A stretch of 62,603 bases of DNA, filler included, from Stramenopiles sp. TOSAG23-6 (taxonomy: Eukaryota): assembly GCA_900128565.1 (NCBI GenBank). It is 29 parts of 29 records of this genome, joined end to end, with 100 filler letters (N's around TTAATTAATTAA, not from the genome) between each part and the next. Parts side by side here need not be neighbours in the genome. Positions count along the whole stretch, not along the records: positions 36,877 to 38,934 come from LT638343.1; positions 39,035 to 41,092 come from LT638344.1; positions 41,193 to 43,249 come from LT638345.1; positions 43,350 to 45,405 come from LT638346.1; positions 45,506 to 47,557 come from LT638347.1; positions 47,658 to 49,709 come from LT638348.1; positions 49,810 to 51,860 come from LT638349.1; 22 more parts are not named here. The stretch is one strand, 5' to 3'. The notes under the pieces are model-generated. The model was not told where the DNA came from, did not search any database, and was given only the letters and a program-made list of their open reading frames with translations. Of this stretch, positions 36,920 to 49,874 are shown piece by piece (the stretch's first letter is position 1; each line of letters starts with the position of its first letter). The position numbers and the translations under genes were made by a program.

Positions 36920-37346
36920 CATCTTCCATTTTTCGAATTAATCGTGATGAGGAATCATTCAATAATCTTGATTGTAAGTTACTGATTGGTGAGTTTTCGA
37001 TATCTATTATTGGACCAGCTGAAGTTTGTTTATTCTCCAAATCAAAGTTATCCTTTAGTTTTCTTTGCTCTTTGTCATTTGTTTGCTCATCATTGTCGTT
37101 TGTTTGCTCATCATTGTCAAGAACAAAATTTTCACCTTCTGAGGTGTCAAAAACACCTACCGTACCTCCATGTATACTTATATGTCCTAATTCATGAAGT
37201 GCAGGAGTGCGATACACATTTTCGTTGAGTAATGTTTGTATTTGTATATTCTTTTCTTCCTCTAAAGCATTCATATTATGGACACGTAAAAAAAGTTTCT
37301 GTCGAAAATGCAAAAAAAGTGTCTGTCGAAAATGCAAAAAAGCCAA
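36920..37346 (-). CDS. Hypothetical protein, 5' part (start uncertain)
   Basis: The ORF ends at a family donor (GAT|GTACGT, 36919). Confidence 0.45.
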
Positions 37347-37798
37347 AAAAGCTTGTTTTTGGTTTTGTTTTTTTGTCTTTTTTCCACAGCGGTCACTTAC
37401 TCTGTGTTCTTTTGGCTATTTTATAGTATACGCATTGATATATTTAGTATAGTAATAATGAACGTACTACATATCCTAGTATTTTATTAAGAGTAATCAT
37501 TCGTAGTACAACTAAAAAAAAAATTACAAAACATTAACAAAACATTACAAAAAGGAAAATGAAACTGCCAAACATCATATCATCATATAATGGACGCGTC
37601 GATAATTGCAAACAGGGTACCCGGTACCAAGCCCGGTACCTTGTAAAAAAGAAGTCAGTTTACAGTTCCATCATTCGATTCATCCAACACACGAGAGCTG
37701 TTTCATTCCAATATATACTCTACGACTACACTCGTAATTATCAATTTACTACACTCGTAATACACTCAAAAGACGCATTGTACCTCAAATATACTTAA

Positions 37799-38557
37799 AT
37801 GGCGGACACTTCACTTGATATGGAGTCTGAGAAGTTACTAAGCATTGTTGTCAATACGTGCCGTATGCTCAGCGCCCGTGACTTTGAAGTAATGGATGGC
37901 TGGAACACAGTGACTACACTTGAGCACTTGAGGAAGCAACTGATACAATACCAAGATAAAAAACTCTGTATTGATGCGTTAGGTATGGGTACGGGAGAGA
38001 AACTTCGTGTATTCTTTCCAAAAGATGAAAAGTTTAATATTAAAGTTCTCAAACATTTCTGTGAAGAAATGAGTTCGGAAAACATCCGACGAGGGATCTT
38101 TCTAATTCCTGGGACGATTACTCCACGAACAGTGTCTGCTCTTGGGGAAGTTGCACCGACATTTTTACTTGAACTTTTCTACCGCTATGAATTGCTTGTC
38201 GATATCACGCAGCATTATTTAGTACCCAAACATGTGTTGTTGACAAGTGAAGAGAAAGAACAATGTACGTTTTNTTTTTTTTTTTTTTTCAATTTTGATT
38301 TTGATTTTTTTTTCGTACGAAATTTCGTACCTAACGATTTTTTTATTAAATTTANAAAAAAAAAAAAAAAAAANATATATATATTTTTCCAAAATACAGT
38401 ATTAAAACGTTGTAAAGTAAAAGACACACAACTTCCAAGAATTGTGAAAAGTGATCCAATAGCTAGATACTTTGGTCTCCGAATTGGCGATGTTTTGAAA
38501 GTGTTTAGAAAATCAGTAAATGCAGGTAGATATGTCACATATAGAATCTGTTTATAA
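37799..38557 (+). CDS. RPB5: RNA polymerase I/II/III shared subunit RPB5; intron 38265-38399
   Basis: [74 protein letters not shown]. Confidence 0.97.
   Translation: [252 protein letters not shown]
38265..38399 (+). mobile_element. Introner-family intron ending in AG (135 nt)
   Basis: CAA T|GTACGT...CCAAAATACAG|TA TTA. It fixes the register of the family's 3' end (AATAC-NN). Confidence 0.9.
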
Positions 38558-39034
38558 TAAAATATACTATTATAAGTTGCTACTATATGTCTAGAAAATT
38601 TCATATTATACTCAACCCTATGTGTTTTCTAGTGCTTCTTATGCTTCTGCTTACTCCAGCGTCAACAATATCACGATTGCCAGTACTGATTTGACAACGG
38701 AAGGTCCGACACGCGCCGATTTCTACGGATTTTTTTTTTTTTTTTTTTTCTACCAAAAAATTTTTGTACATCTTCATTCGGTGCAAGTGCTGGTGCTGCT
38801 GGTGCTGCTGGTGCTGGTGCTGCTGGTGCTGGTGCTGCTGGTGCTGGTGCTGCTGGTGCTTCTGCTGTTGTTGCAGCTGCTTCTGTTGTTGGTCCTCCGA
38901 TGGCTTCTACGATCGTTGCCGCGGTCTTTGCATCNNNNNNNNNNNNNNNNNNNNNNNNNNNNNNNNNNNNNNNNNNNNTTAATTAATTAANNNNNNNNNN
39001 NNNNNNNNNNNNNNNNNNNNNNNNNNNNNNNNNN

Positions 39035-41092
39035 AAAAAAAAAAAAAAAAAAAAATCATAATAATAGAAACAACGTACATCTTCCATTTTTCGAATTAAT
39101 CGTGATGAGGAATCATTCAATAATCTTGATTGTAAGTTACTGATTGGTGAGTTTTCGATATCTATTATTGGACCAGCTGAAGTTTGTTTATTCTCCAAAT
39201 CAAAGTTATCCTTTAGTTTTCTTTGCTCTTTGTCATTTGTTTGCTCATCATTGTCGTTTGTTTGCTCATCATTGTCAAGAACAAAATTTTCACCTTCTGA
39301 GGTGTCAAAAACACCTACCGTACCTCCATGTATACTTATATGTCCTAATTCATGAAGTGCAGGAGTGCGATACACATTTTCGTTGAGTAATGTTTGTATT
39401 TGTATATTCTTTTCTTCCTCTAAAGCATTCATATTATGGACACGTAAAAAAAGTTTCTGTCGAAAATGCAAAAAAAGTGTCTGTCGAAAATGCAAAAAAG
39501 CCAAAAAAGCTTGTTTTTGGTTTTGTTTTTTTGTCTTTTTTCCACAGCGGTCACTTACTCTGTGTTCTTTTGGCTATTTTATAGTATACGCATTGATATA
39601 TTTAGTATAGTAATAATGAACGTACTACATATCCTAGTATTTTATTAAGAGTAATCATTCGTAGTACAACTAAAAAAAAAATTACAAAACATTAACAAAA
39701 CATTACAAAAAGGAAAATGAAACTGCCAAACATCATATCATCATATAATGGACGCGTCGATAATTGCAAACAGGGTACCCGGTACCAAGCCCGGTACCTT
39801 GTAAAAAAGAAGTCAGTTTACAGTTCCATCATTCGATTCATCCAACACACGAGAGCTGTTTCATTCCAATATATACTCTACGACTACACTCGTAATTATC
39901 AATTTACTACACTCGTAATACACTCAAAAGACGCATTGTACCTCAAATATACTTAAATGGCGGACACTTCACTTGATATGGAGTCTGAGAAGTTACTAAG
40001 CATTGTTGTCAATACGTGCCGTATGCTCAGCGCCCGTGACTTTGAAGTAATGGATGGCTGGAACACAGTGACTACACTTGAGCACTTGAGGAAGCAACTG
40101 ATACAATACCAAGATAAAAAACTCTGTATTGATGCGTTAGGTATGGGTACGGGAGAGAAACTTCGTGTATTCTTTCCAAAAGATGAAAAGTTTAATATTA
40201 AAGTTCTCAAACATTTCTGTGAAGAAATGAGTTCGGAAAACATCCGACGAGGGATCTTTCTAATTCCTGGGACGATTACTCCACGAACAGTGTCTGCTCT
40301 TGGGGAAGTTGCACCGACATTTTTACTTGAACTTTTCTACCGCTATGAATTGCTTGTCGATATCACGCAGCATTATTTAGTACCCAAACATGTGTTGTTG
40401 ACAAGTGAAGAGAAAGAACAATGTACGTTTTNTTTTTTTTTTTTTTTCAATTTTGATTTTGATTTTTTTTTCGTACGAAATTTCGTACCTAACGATTTTT
40501 TTATTAAATTTANAAAAAAAAAAAAAAAAAANATATATATATTTTTCCAAAATACAGTATTAAAACGTTGTAAAGTAAAAGACACACAACTTCCAAGAAT
40601 TGTGAAAAGTGATCCAATAGCTAGATACTTTGGTCTCCGAATTGGCGATGTTTTGAAAGTGTTTAGAAAATCAGTAAATGCAGGTAGATATGTCACATAT
40701 AGAATCTGTTTATAATAAAATATACTATTATAAGTTGCTACTATATGTCTAGAAAATTTCATATTATACTCAACCCTATGTGTTTTCTAGTGCTTCTTAT
40801 GCTTCTGCTTACTCCAGCGTCAACAATATCACGATTGCCAGTACTGATTTGACAACGGAAGGTCCGACACGCGCCGATTTCTACGGATTTTTTTTTTTTT
40901 TTTTTTTCTACCAAAAAATTTTTGTACATCTTCATTCGGTGCAAGTGCTGGTGCTGCTGGTGCTGCTGGTGCTGGTGCTGCTGGTGCTGGTGCTGCTGGT
41001 GCTGGTGCTGCTGGTGCTTCTGCTGTTGTTGCAGCTGCTTCTGTTGTTGGTCCTCCGATGGCTTCTACGATCGTTGCCGCGGTCTTTGCATC
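39035..41092. repeat. Exact duplicate of contig 36877-38934
   Basis: Identical at offset 2158, including internal Ns. Confidence 0.97.
39957..40715 (+). CDS. RPB5: RPB5 (duplicate copy); intron 40423-40557
   Basis: Identical to 37799-38557. Confidence 0.95.
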   Translation: [252 protein letters not shown]

Positions 41093-41247
41093 NNNNNNNN
41101 NNNNNNNNNNNNNNNNNNNNNNNNNNNNNNNNNNNNTTAATTAATTAANNNNNNNNNNNNNNNNNNNNNNNNNNNNNNNNNNNNNNNNNNNNTTGTACCT
41201 AACAAATTTTCAAATTTTTTTTTTGAAATATTTTTTCAAAATACATT

Positions 41248-42159
41248 TGTCCAAATGAATGAAGAGCACACGAAATATTTAAAAAGAGGCTTACACTGCC
41301 ATGAATCAAATAGTGCATTTTTATATAAATTACAACATACGTTACCAGGCACCCATGTCACAAGTATTACCGGGTTACATTATTTTAGTAAAGAATTGAC
41401 ATCAATGGATGATTTTTTATCAAGTACGTTTTAAATTTTTTCATTTTTTATTTTTTTTTTAGTATAAAATTTTCATAGTTAAAAAAAAAAAAAATTTGAA
41501 AAAAATTTTGAAAAATTTTGAAATTTTTTTTGTTACAATGAAAAATCTAAAATTCTTTTTTTTATTTTTTGAAATATTCTTACACAATTTATACTCGGAA
41601 AGTACAACATTACAATCCCATAGGTCAAAACACAATGCGGTACGTTTTCTTATTGAATTTATGAATTTATTTTTTTTTGAAAAATTTTGAAAAATTTCGA
41701 AAATATTTTTATACTAACAAAAAAAATTATTATTTGAAAAAAAAAAAAATATTTGTATACAAAAAATGTAGTATCGTTATCAAGGAACGGTAGAATGAAA
41801 ATTCATACTTTAAATGATAATTGTACGATGAATGATCGATGGGTTTTGACATCATTGTATGTTTTTATTTTTATTATTTTTTTTTTATACAAAATTTCAT
41901 ACCTAACAAATTTTTTTTTTTAATTTTTTTTTTTTTTTTTTAAATACAAAATTTCATACCTAACAAAAGTATTAAAATGTTTTACAAATATTTCTTCACA
42001 ATACTTTTATCAGTCACAAACCTGTTCAAGGTCTCCGTTTACACATTTAAATCATTATAATTCCTCTATACAAACTTATGTAGCAAAATCAATATGTTTA
42101 CCATTTATAAATGCTGTTGTTATAGGAAGCACTTCTGTATGTTTTATATGAATTTTTAA

Positions 42160-42192
<33 letters not shown>

Positions 42193-42637
42193 TTTATACG
42201 AAATTTTGTACCTAACGATTTTTTTTTTTAGAAAATTTTGAAATATTTTTGTACAATGTCTGGTGCAATTGAAGTGGTTGTACTTTCACCAGAGACTATG
42301 CTTCCATTAGGTTTAGAGTTTGATAAAACACATGAAAACAATGAAAACAATGAAAAAAATAAAAAAAATGATGATATACTATCAAATACAAAATATACAA
42401 AATTGTCCATGACAAAAAATATAGATGAAAAAACACGAAATATCAAAAATCAATATGTAATGATTTCCCATGCTCATGAAAAATCAATTACGGCACTTGA
42501 AGTATCCATCAGTGGACAAACATTTCTCTCTGCATCAAGAGATTGTATGATTACCATATGGTTAGCTTATGTATGTTTTAATTTTTTAATTTAGTGTCGT
42601 ATTTTTTGTCTCAAATTTTTTTTTTTTTTTTTTACGG

Positions 42638-42668
<31 letters not shown>

Positions 42669-43057
42669 TTTTTAAATTCTAAAATTTTTTTATTTTTTTT
42701 TTTTTTTCCTTACTATGAAAATTTCATACGAACTCTATCCATTCAACAAAACAAAAAAAAAGATTGAAATATTGTTCACTATACATGGTGATTTTAATTG
42801 TTTACGAAGAATTGCCGTACCAAATGTTATACAGAATATTTGTTATTTAAATCATTTTGAAGAAATTTTAATCCAACAAATACTTGATATAAACACGAAA
42901 TCTTCAATACGAAAAAGTCGACGGAACAAACATGTCTCAGTCAAAAACCCTAGTTGTATGGGTAAAGACAGAAATGGTTTAAATAGTAATGATACACTGG
43001 ATGTAGTAGTGTCACAACAGAAACAATGTTTATTTTGTGTTGATGCATCGGTTCCGT
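41248..43057 (+). CDS. WD40-repeat protein, internal part, split by ~6 family introns
   Basis: HAHEKSITALEVSISGQTFLSASRDCMITIW. The homopolymer-rich introns are of low sequence quality. Confidence 0.65.
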
Positions 43058-43118
43058 GTATGTTTTTATTATGTATTATATTTTTTTTTTTTTTTTTTTT
43101 TTATACGAAATTTTTTAC

Positions 43119-43151
<33 letters not shown>

Positions 43152-44207
43152 TTTTTTTTTTTTTTCCGAAAAAAAAAAAAAAAAAAATTTTAAATTTTTT
43201 TTTTTAAAAAAAATTTTTTCCCAAAAAAAAAAAAAAAAAAAAAAAAAAANNNNNNNNNNNNNNNNNNNNNNNNNNNNNNNNNNNNNNNNNNNNTTAATTA
43301 ATTAANNNNNNNNNNNNNNNNNNNNNNNNNNNNNNNNNNNNNNNNNNNNTTTATTTTTTTTCAAATTCGATTTTTTTTTCGTACGAAATTTTGTACCTAA
43401 CGAAAAACAATGTAAAATATTTTTTCACAATACATGTTTTACTTTTGAGTGAGAATCAATCTTGGATAAGAAATTGGAAATACTGGAAAGATTTACCTCA
43501 AGTCGAACTTTATACGTTTTCATCATTTTATTTTTGTTTTTTTTCCTAGAAAATTGAAAGATTTCGTGTCTAACGATATTTTAAAAAATATTTTTTCACA
43601 ATAAGTCGAATTTTATTTATAGTTATCATTTGCATGCTGGAATTGAACAAAACTATTTTAATACAATTAAACAAAATTGGGAATTGATGATGAATGATGT
43701 ATTTGCTCAACATGCTTGTATGGAGGCTAGTAACAATCTTACATAGGGTATTATTTTTTTTTATCAAAATCAATTCAATTTTAAAACACGAAATCTCATA
43801 AATAAAATACAATTCATCATGCAAGTCAGTCAGAATGTTCAATTTTTTTTGCTACCAAATTTTTTTACCGGGTAGATTAGACAATACTCTACAGTAAGTT
43901 GTAGTTCGTTGTAGTTTAAGGGTATTATCAAAAAGTCGAAAATATCGTTTTAGTTGATACTGCTGTAGTGATGAAAACTATGTCTGATTCAGTGATCTGT
44001 GCTTTGGCAAAAGTCATTCCTCAAAAAAAAGAATCCTTCGCAGTATTTCCAAAGCGTTTGAAAGTAAAGAATGTTGTATTTTTGGTTTTATGCATCTTCC
44101 TAGTCGATCAAATATTCCAAATGAGCTTACTACAATCCGTATTGAATGGTCACTGAGAAGGTAAAACGGGGCTTACTGAAACTCTCTATCTTGTCATCCT
44201 TTTATGT

Positions 44208-45326
44208 ATGATAGGTGTATGTTTGTGTGCAGGGTTTTTCATTTTTCTATGTCGGCTTAGAAAAAGATTAGTTCGTAAAGTATTATTTGTCATTTTCTTC
44301 ATGTTCGTGATATATTTACTCCTAACTTATGTATTCATAATAAGTGAGCAAAAATTGTACACAGATCTCTTGAAACAAGACACAGTGGGATCAGTTACTG
44401 CTTGTGGTATCCCTCAATATACAGCATGGTGGTTACTTTTTCCTCTCCGATTTATCGAACAAATAGTTGGTATTTTCGTACACCCAAGAGTACTTATTCA
44501 ACGTATATCAACACATATAATAGGAAATTCAGTCAAAGCTCACATCGATGACGACGGATTCTTACATATTGTATGCTCTACTCGTGGAGCTGTTCCACGC
44601 TATCGTGTTCATCAAACTTTCTCCTGGGACGATGTATGTTTTTTTTTTCAAATTCGATTTTTTTTCGTACGAAATTTCGTACCTAACAATTGTTTTTTTA
44701 AATATTTTTCCAAAATACATGTAGGAATTAAATCTGAAATTGAAAAGTTACCTGATCTCATTGACACAAAAAATATATTTATTCCACAGAAAAAATTTTA
44801 CCATAGAGAAACACATGAAGGTACTTGTAATAATTTATTGACTGCAGAAATGGCTAAACATGCTTTTCTTCAACCTGCATCAACTGCAACAATATTTAAA
44901 AGTCCTGTGAATATGTACGTTTTTATTTGAATTTGAAATTCGATTTTTGTTTCGTACGAAATTTTGTACCTAACGATTTTTTTTTGGATTTTTTTTTTTT
45001 CACAATACATTAATACTGATGAACCTTTAACAGATTTTGTGTTGTGTTACTGTGGGGATGCTGTTGCAGTTGTTACACACATTCCACGCAAAGTTTTTTT
45101 CTCGAGCAACAAAATTAATCCTGGCAAAACAAAATTAGCAAAAATAAGTGATGAAAACAACAAAAATCCTAAAAACGTCGAAGAAGTTCCTCAAGAAATG
45201 AATACATCTGATAACCCTAACCCTAATATGATACGCAAAGATAATGATGACAAAGTTACAACACTTTGTGACTTGAATATAGCTATGTTTGTCTTGGATG
45301 CGGTTTCGATGCCATATTTTTTACGG
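44208..45326 (+). CDS. Membrane protein with probable DUF229/alkaline-phosphatase-superfamily domain start; introns 44634-44720, 44915-45010
   Basis: TM segments, then NIAMFVLDAVSMPYFLR. The true start is probably further upstream. Confidence 0.5.
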
Positions 45327-45505
45327 TCGATTTTTTCGAATTTGAATTTATTTTTCATACGAAATTTTGTACCTAACAAATTTTTTTAGATTTTTTTTGA
45401 AATATNNNNNNNNNNNNNNNNNNNNNNNNNNNNNNNNNNNNNNNNNNNNTTAATTAATTAANNNNNNNNNNNNNNNNNNNNNNNNNNNNNNNNNNNNNNN
45501 NNNNN

Positions 45506-46402
45506 TCTGTCATCATATCTCGAGTTAGAATATCTGTCACCTCCACGAGAATATCTGTCACCTCCACGAGAATATCTGTCACCACCACGAGAGTAAGAAT
45601 ATCTGTCACCACCACGAGAATATCTGTCCCCTCCACGTCCGCGGGGACGATCTCTGCGCCCTCCTCGGGGCTCTTCGTATGGATCGTCTGTTGCGCTTGG
45701 TCGATTTCCATCTCGGCCACCTCCTCCTGTCTCCCACCAACGTCGGTCACGATCACTGATTGTTACACCTTCCCCTTTTAATAAATCACGTAATGCATCT
45801 GCCTCTTCATAATTGCGTTCCATACGTAATTTCTCACGTTTAATCAAAATTTTTCGAATTGAAACAGTAGTGATTTTTCCGTCATCGCCTTTCTCTATAT
45901 CGTCATCATTTCCTCCACCACGGCTTCGTGAACGGGACCTAGAACGGGAGCGAGATCTAGAACGGGAGCGAGATCTAGAACGGGAGCGGGATCTAGAACG
46001 GGAACGAGATCTAGAGCGTTTCTTCATATTATTTTCAGTGTCGTCGAGAGAATCGCCTTCATTTACAGTATTTTGATTCTCCTCGCTCTCGGGAGCAGTA
46101 TTTTTCACAAGTGAATCCTTTTCTGCCACAGTACCGTTTGTTGTACCGTTTGATTCTTCCACGACATCCATTTTTTCTTGTTTTTCCACTGGAGTTTCTT
46201 TAGTGACAGTCTCTTCCGTTGTTTCTTCAGCGACATTTTCAGTTGTTTTAGTTGTTTCTGATTCTTCCGCCGGCTTATTTTCTGTCTGAGCAGCTTCCAA
46301 TCGTTCAATCAAAGCAGCTTTTAAGCCAGTTGTGTCTAAACCTTGCTTTTTTAATGCAGCACGGAGCTTTGTTACCGTCATCTTTGAATAATTAACTTCC
46401 AT
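45506..46402 (-). CDS. SAP-domain, RS-repeat, RGG-type RNA-binding protein with a CysRS C-terminal-like helical module
   Basis: SAP motif MTVTKLRAALKKQGLDTTGLKAALIERL, an (RS)n tract, REKLRMERNYEEADALRDLLKGEGVTISD, and SRGGDRY repeats. Confidence 0.85.
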
Positions 46403-46909
46403 TGTAATTTGTTTGGTGCAATCCTATCACGCAAGGCAGCGCAATGTTTTTCTGAACGAGTCGAGTCGAGGTCGAGGAGAACAAATGTGCTCCGTCGCGG
46501 AATATCCTGGGCTGAATCATATCTACAGCAGGTTTGTTCCAAAAATGTGCAATATTTATTTTCTGATCGTTTTTGCGCGTTTTTGCTTGATGGTATCTGG
46601 ATTGTATCGAATCATCGAATTGGAATTTCACACAACGTGTGTCATTGCAGTAATTGCCATTAGATCTTTTTCTGAGACGGAAGCGTCGGGTTTGTTGCCC
46701 ATTATTCTGGGGCTAAAATAAATTATTGAAGAAAAATTATTGGAAGTGAATTAATTTTTCTGATTTCGTGTGATTTCTTCGGTTAGAAAACAAAAAAGAC
46801 GTTAAAAAATTGGCACCACATTTTTTTTTCTTGCGAAAACGTTGTATATCTATAGTGAAATATTTCTTATCCCCTTTGCTTATTACAGGATTTCCAAATC
46901 AAAAAGAGA

Positions 46910-47557
46910 ATGAATACGTCAACATTCTTTGTCTTAGCCTTAATAGGTACCTTCACAACCACATCTCAAGCAAAGCCATGTAAGTCTTATGAATCTGAAC
47001 CCGCAACTGTTGAGACCATTTGTGAACAATGTATTGCCGACGACAACTGTATCTTTTACCCAACATCCTGTAGTTCTAACCCAGGAGAGAATAATTCTTA
47101 TCATTGCCAAAGTATTCCAGACGATCCAGATGAGAAGAGTAACTTCATTGTTAACTTGTTTGCAAAAAAGAAAACCATTGGCAACTGCAATGAGCTTAAT
47201 ACGTTTTCTTTAACGAAAGGAAAAGACCTTTTCTGTCAGGATGTGGGGACTCTGGTGGACAGAATTGCGTATATTGGTATACATTATTTCACAGATCTTC
47301 TACCGTACAAACGTCAACTCACCAAAAAACGGTTAGATTACAGGAAAGAAAACCCCAATGAGACATATCTCAAAAGCATTCAAGCTGGATATGAACAAGC
47401 TTACGAAAATGATAAACAATGGGTGCGTATGTATCTCATGAAAAATCCAAATGTGGTAAGAGCGGCAATCTTCAAAGATTACCAGACAACTTTGGATACT
47501 CTCGAGGTGTTGGGCATTCAACACTCAACATATAAAGAAACGTTTGCGGAGTGTGCA
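46910..47557 (+). CDS. Secreted Cys-containing hypothetical protein, 5' part
   Basis: Signal peptide MNTSTFFVLALIGTFTTTSQA and an open frame to the contig end. Confidence 0.7.
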
Positions 47558-47657
47558 NNNNNNNNNNNNNNNNNNNNNNNNNNNNNNNNNNNNNNNNNNN
47601 NTTAATTAATTAANNNNNNNNNNNNNNNNNNNNNNNNNNNNNNNNNNNNNNNNNNNN

Positions 47658-48752
47658 ATTGATGACCGTGAATTTTCAAGTTGTAACTTCAAATCATCCA
47701 ACTCATAATATCCCATCCTCCTCGAACGGACTCTAGAAACATTTTTTACACCAAAGACTGATTTTGTAAGTTTAGTAATTCGTTTTAATGTTTCAGGATC
47801 GCTCTCATCCACCAATTCTCGAATATTGTTCCATCCTATTCGGGCACCGGTATTAACAATAAGCCCACCAATTATTATACCTGCCATTGGGTCAACTAAT
47901 GGTAGACCCATAAAGGAACCACATATACCGCCCAAGGCAACAAGAGACGAAAGAGCATCAGAACGATGGTGCCAAGCGTTCGCTACCAAAGTTTGACTTC
48001 CAAGTAATGTGAAAAAATATTTTTTTTATTTTGTTTTGTTAGGTACGCAATTTCGTACAAAACAAAATTGGAAAATAAAATTGAAAACATACAATATGGC
48101 GAGCCACACTTATCGTTTTACGGTATAATACTTCTTTCATGATGATAGCACTGGAAGCAACAGACGCAGCAATTATTGGTCCTACCTTTACTTCCTCAGT
48201 AGTGCCCAGAAAATCTGACAATGCTTCACTTAAAGTTTGATCACTTCCGAATACACTCAAGTCTGTTATCTGATCAACTAAAAATTGATCCGTTCCAAAT
48301 TGAAGCAACGGTTCTATCGACATCAATAACTGGTCATAAGAATGTGTCACTATGTTGACACCAGCAACCGTTAACAAAGCGCCAATGGATAAAGCACCCA
48401 TTGTTTCGAATTTACCGTGCCCATACGGATGATCTTCATCTGCAGGTGTTCGACTAAGGCGAACAGCAAAGACTGTTAGCGCATCTGAAAACAAATCGGA
48501 TAAAGAATGGGCAGCATCTGCAAGTAGGGCCGTTGAACCAGTTAGATAACCAATCGCACCTTTAGAACCAGCTAGTCCGACGTTAACGACTGCTCCGACT
48601 TTCGTAATATGAACACCAGCGGCAGCATCCTTCTCTCCCATTTTATCATGCTTGGTTTTCGTTGAAATACATTGAAATTGACGAGGAACAATATACCTTC
48701 TACGAATGAACTGGTTTGAAAATGCAAATCTATGTATATGGTATCGGCGCAT
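47658..48752 (-). CDS. Mitochondrial CDF metal transporter (MMT1/MTP6-like); intron 48002-48092
   Basis: ALLADAAHSLSD, HPYGHGKFE, ANAWHHRSDALSS. Confidence 0.93.
48002..48092 (-). mobile_element. Introner-family intron, GT...TT (91 nt)
   Basis: CAT ATT|GTATGT...CACATTACTT|GGA AGT gives YRKTISVARHIGSQTLVANAWHH with CDF-typical spacing. Confidence 0.85.
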
Positions 48753-49102
48753 GTAATTTAGAAACATCGTCACAAAAGGACGATTTACTAAGAATCAGTA
48801 AGAAGGTATTTACGAGGCGAAAGTCGAAACGGTTTACGTCAAAAAAATACCCTAACCCTACCGTAAAAAACTACTGTAGTAACCGTTAAAAGTTAAAACT
48901 TGCAGCTCAACGTTCATGAAGAATTTGCGGAGAAGATACTGGTACACCTGTTCAATAGAGTTTCTATCGAGTGAGATCAATTTTAATGCCAGCAGCATCA
49001 CCAAAAGGACTTCAAAAAAAGGCGAAACCAGCTATGGAGTGGACCCCTTCTCTCAATTTGAAGCTCTTAAAGCTCAGTAGATAGTATCTGTTTAATTGGG
49101 AA

Positions 49103-49615
49103 ATGGTTTCAACCAAACTAGTCGAAAAGCAAATTAAAAAAATCAGTGATAAAAAGAAAAATAATGATATTAAAGCTTTTTTTACATCTGAAAAATGTCG
49201 TAAACAATACGCAATACAAGACGCTAAACGCTCTAAGCCTCGCAAGACTCGTATATCAAGAGAAGTAATCGAAAGTTGCGGGAAGGATATGAAAGTAAGT
49301 GATTCCACTTCAGACCTAGAGCTAAAGAACGCTGGGGGAAGCGTATACAAAAAAACAGCTTTAAAGACAGTATCTAAGTCACCAGGGCAAGCACCAACAG
49401 AAAACTCAAGTTGGAAACTTCTTAAAGAATTTGATGCGAACTTAAAAATACATCGTGCGCGAATGAAAGTAGAAGAAACTGAAGTATTTAACAGACTTGC
49501 AAATACACTTGGAATTTCCGAACAAGAATTGTCAGAAGCAAGTGAAGAACTCAAGGAAAGAAATAGTAATATGGAAAATGAAATCACAGATTGTGATGAG
49601 AGCTTTCGGAGACAT
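49103..49615 (+). CDS. Coiled-coil protein, possibly DUF4200/CFAP100-like, 5' part
   Basis: Charged heptad pattern. It ends at a family donor at 49616. Confidence 0.5.
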
Positions 49616-49874
49616 GTATGTTTTATTTTTTTTCAAATTCGATTGTTTTTTCGCACGAAATTTTGTACCTAACAAATTTTAGTTTTTTTTTGAAATATTT
49701 TTCCAAAATNNNNNNNNNNNNNNNNNNNNNNNNNNNNNNNNNNNNNNNNNNNNTTAATTAATTAANNNNNNNNNNNNNNNNNNNNNNNNNNNNNNNNNNN
49801 NNNNNNNNNTTAGGTACAAAATTTCGTACGAAAAAAAAATTCAATTTCAAATTAAAAAAAAAAATAAAACATAC

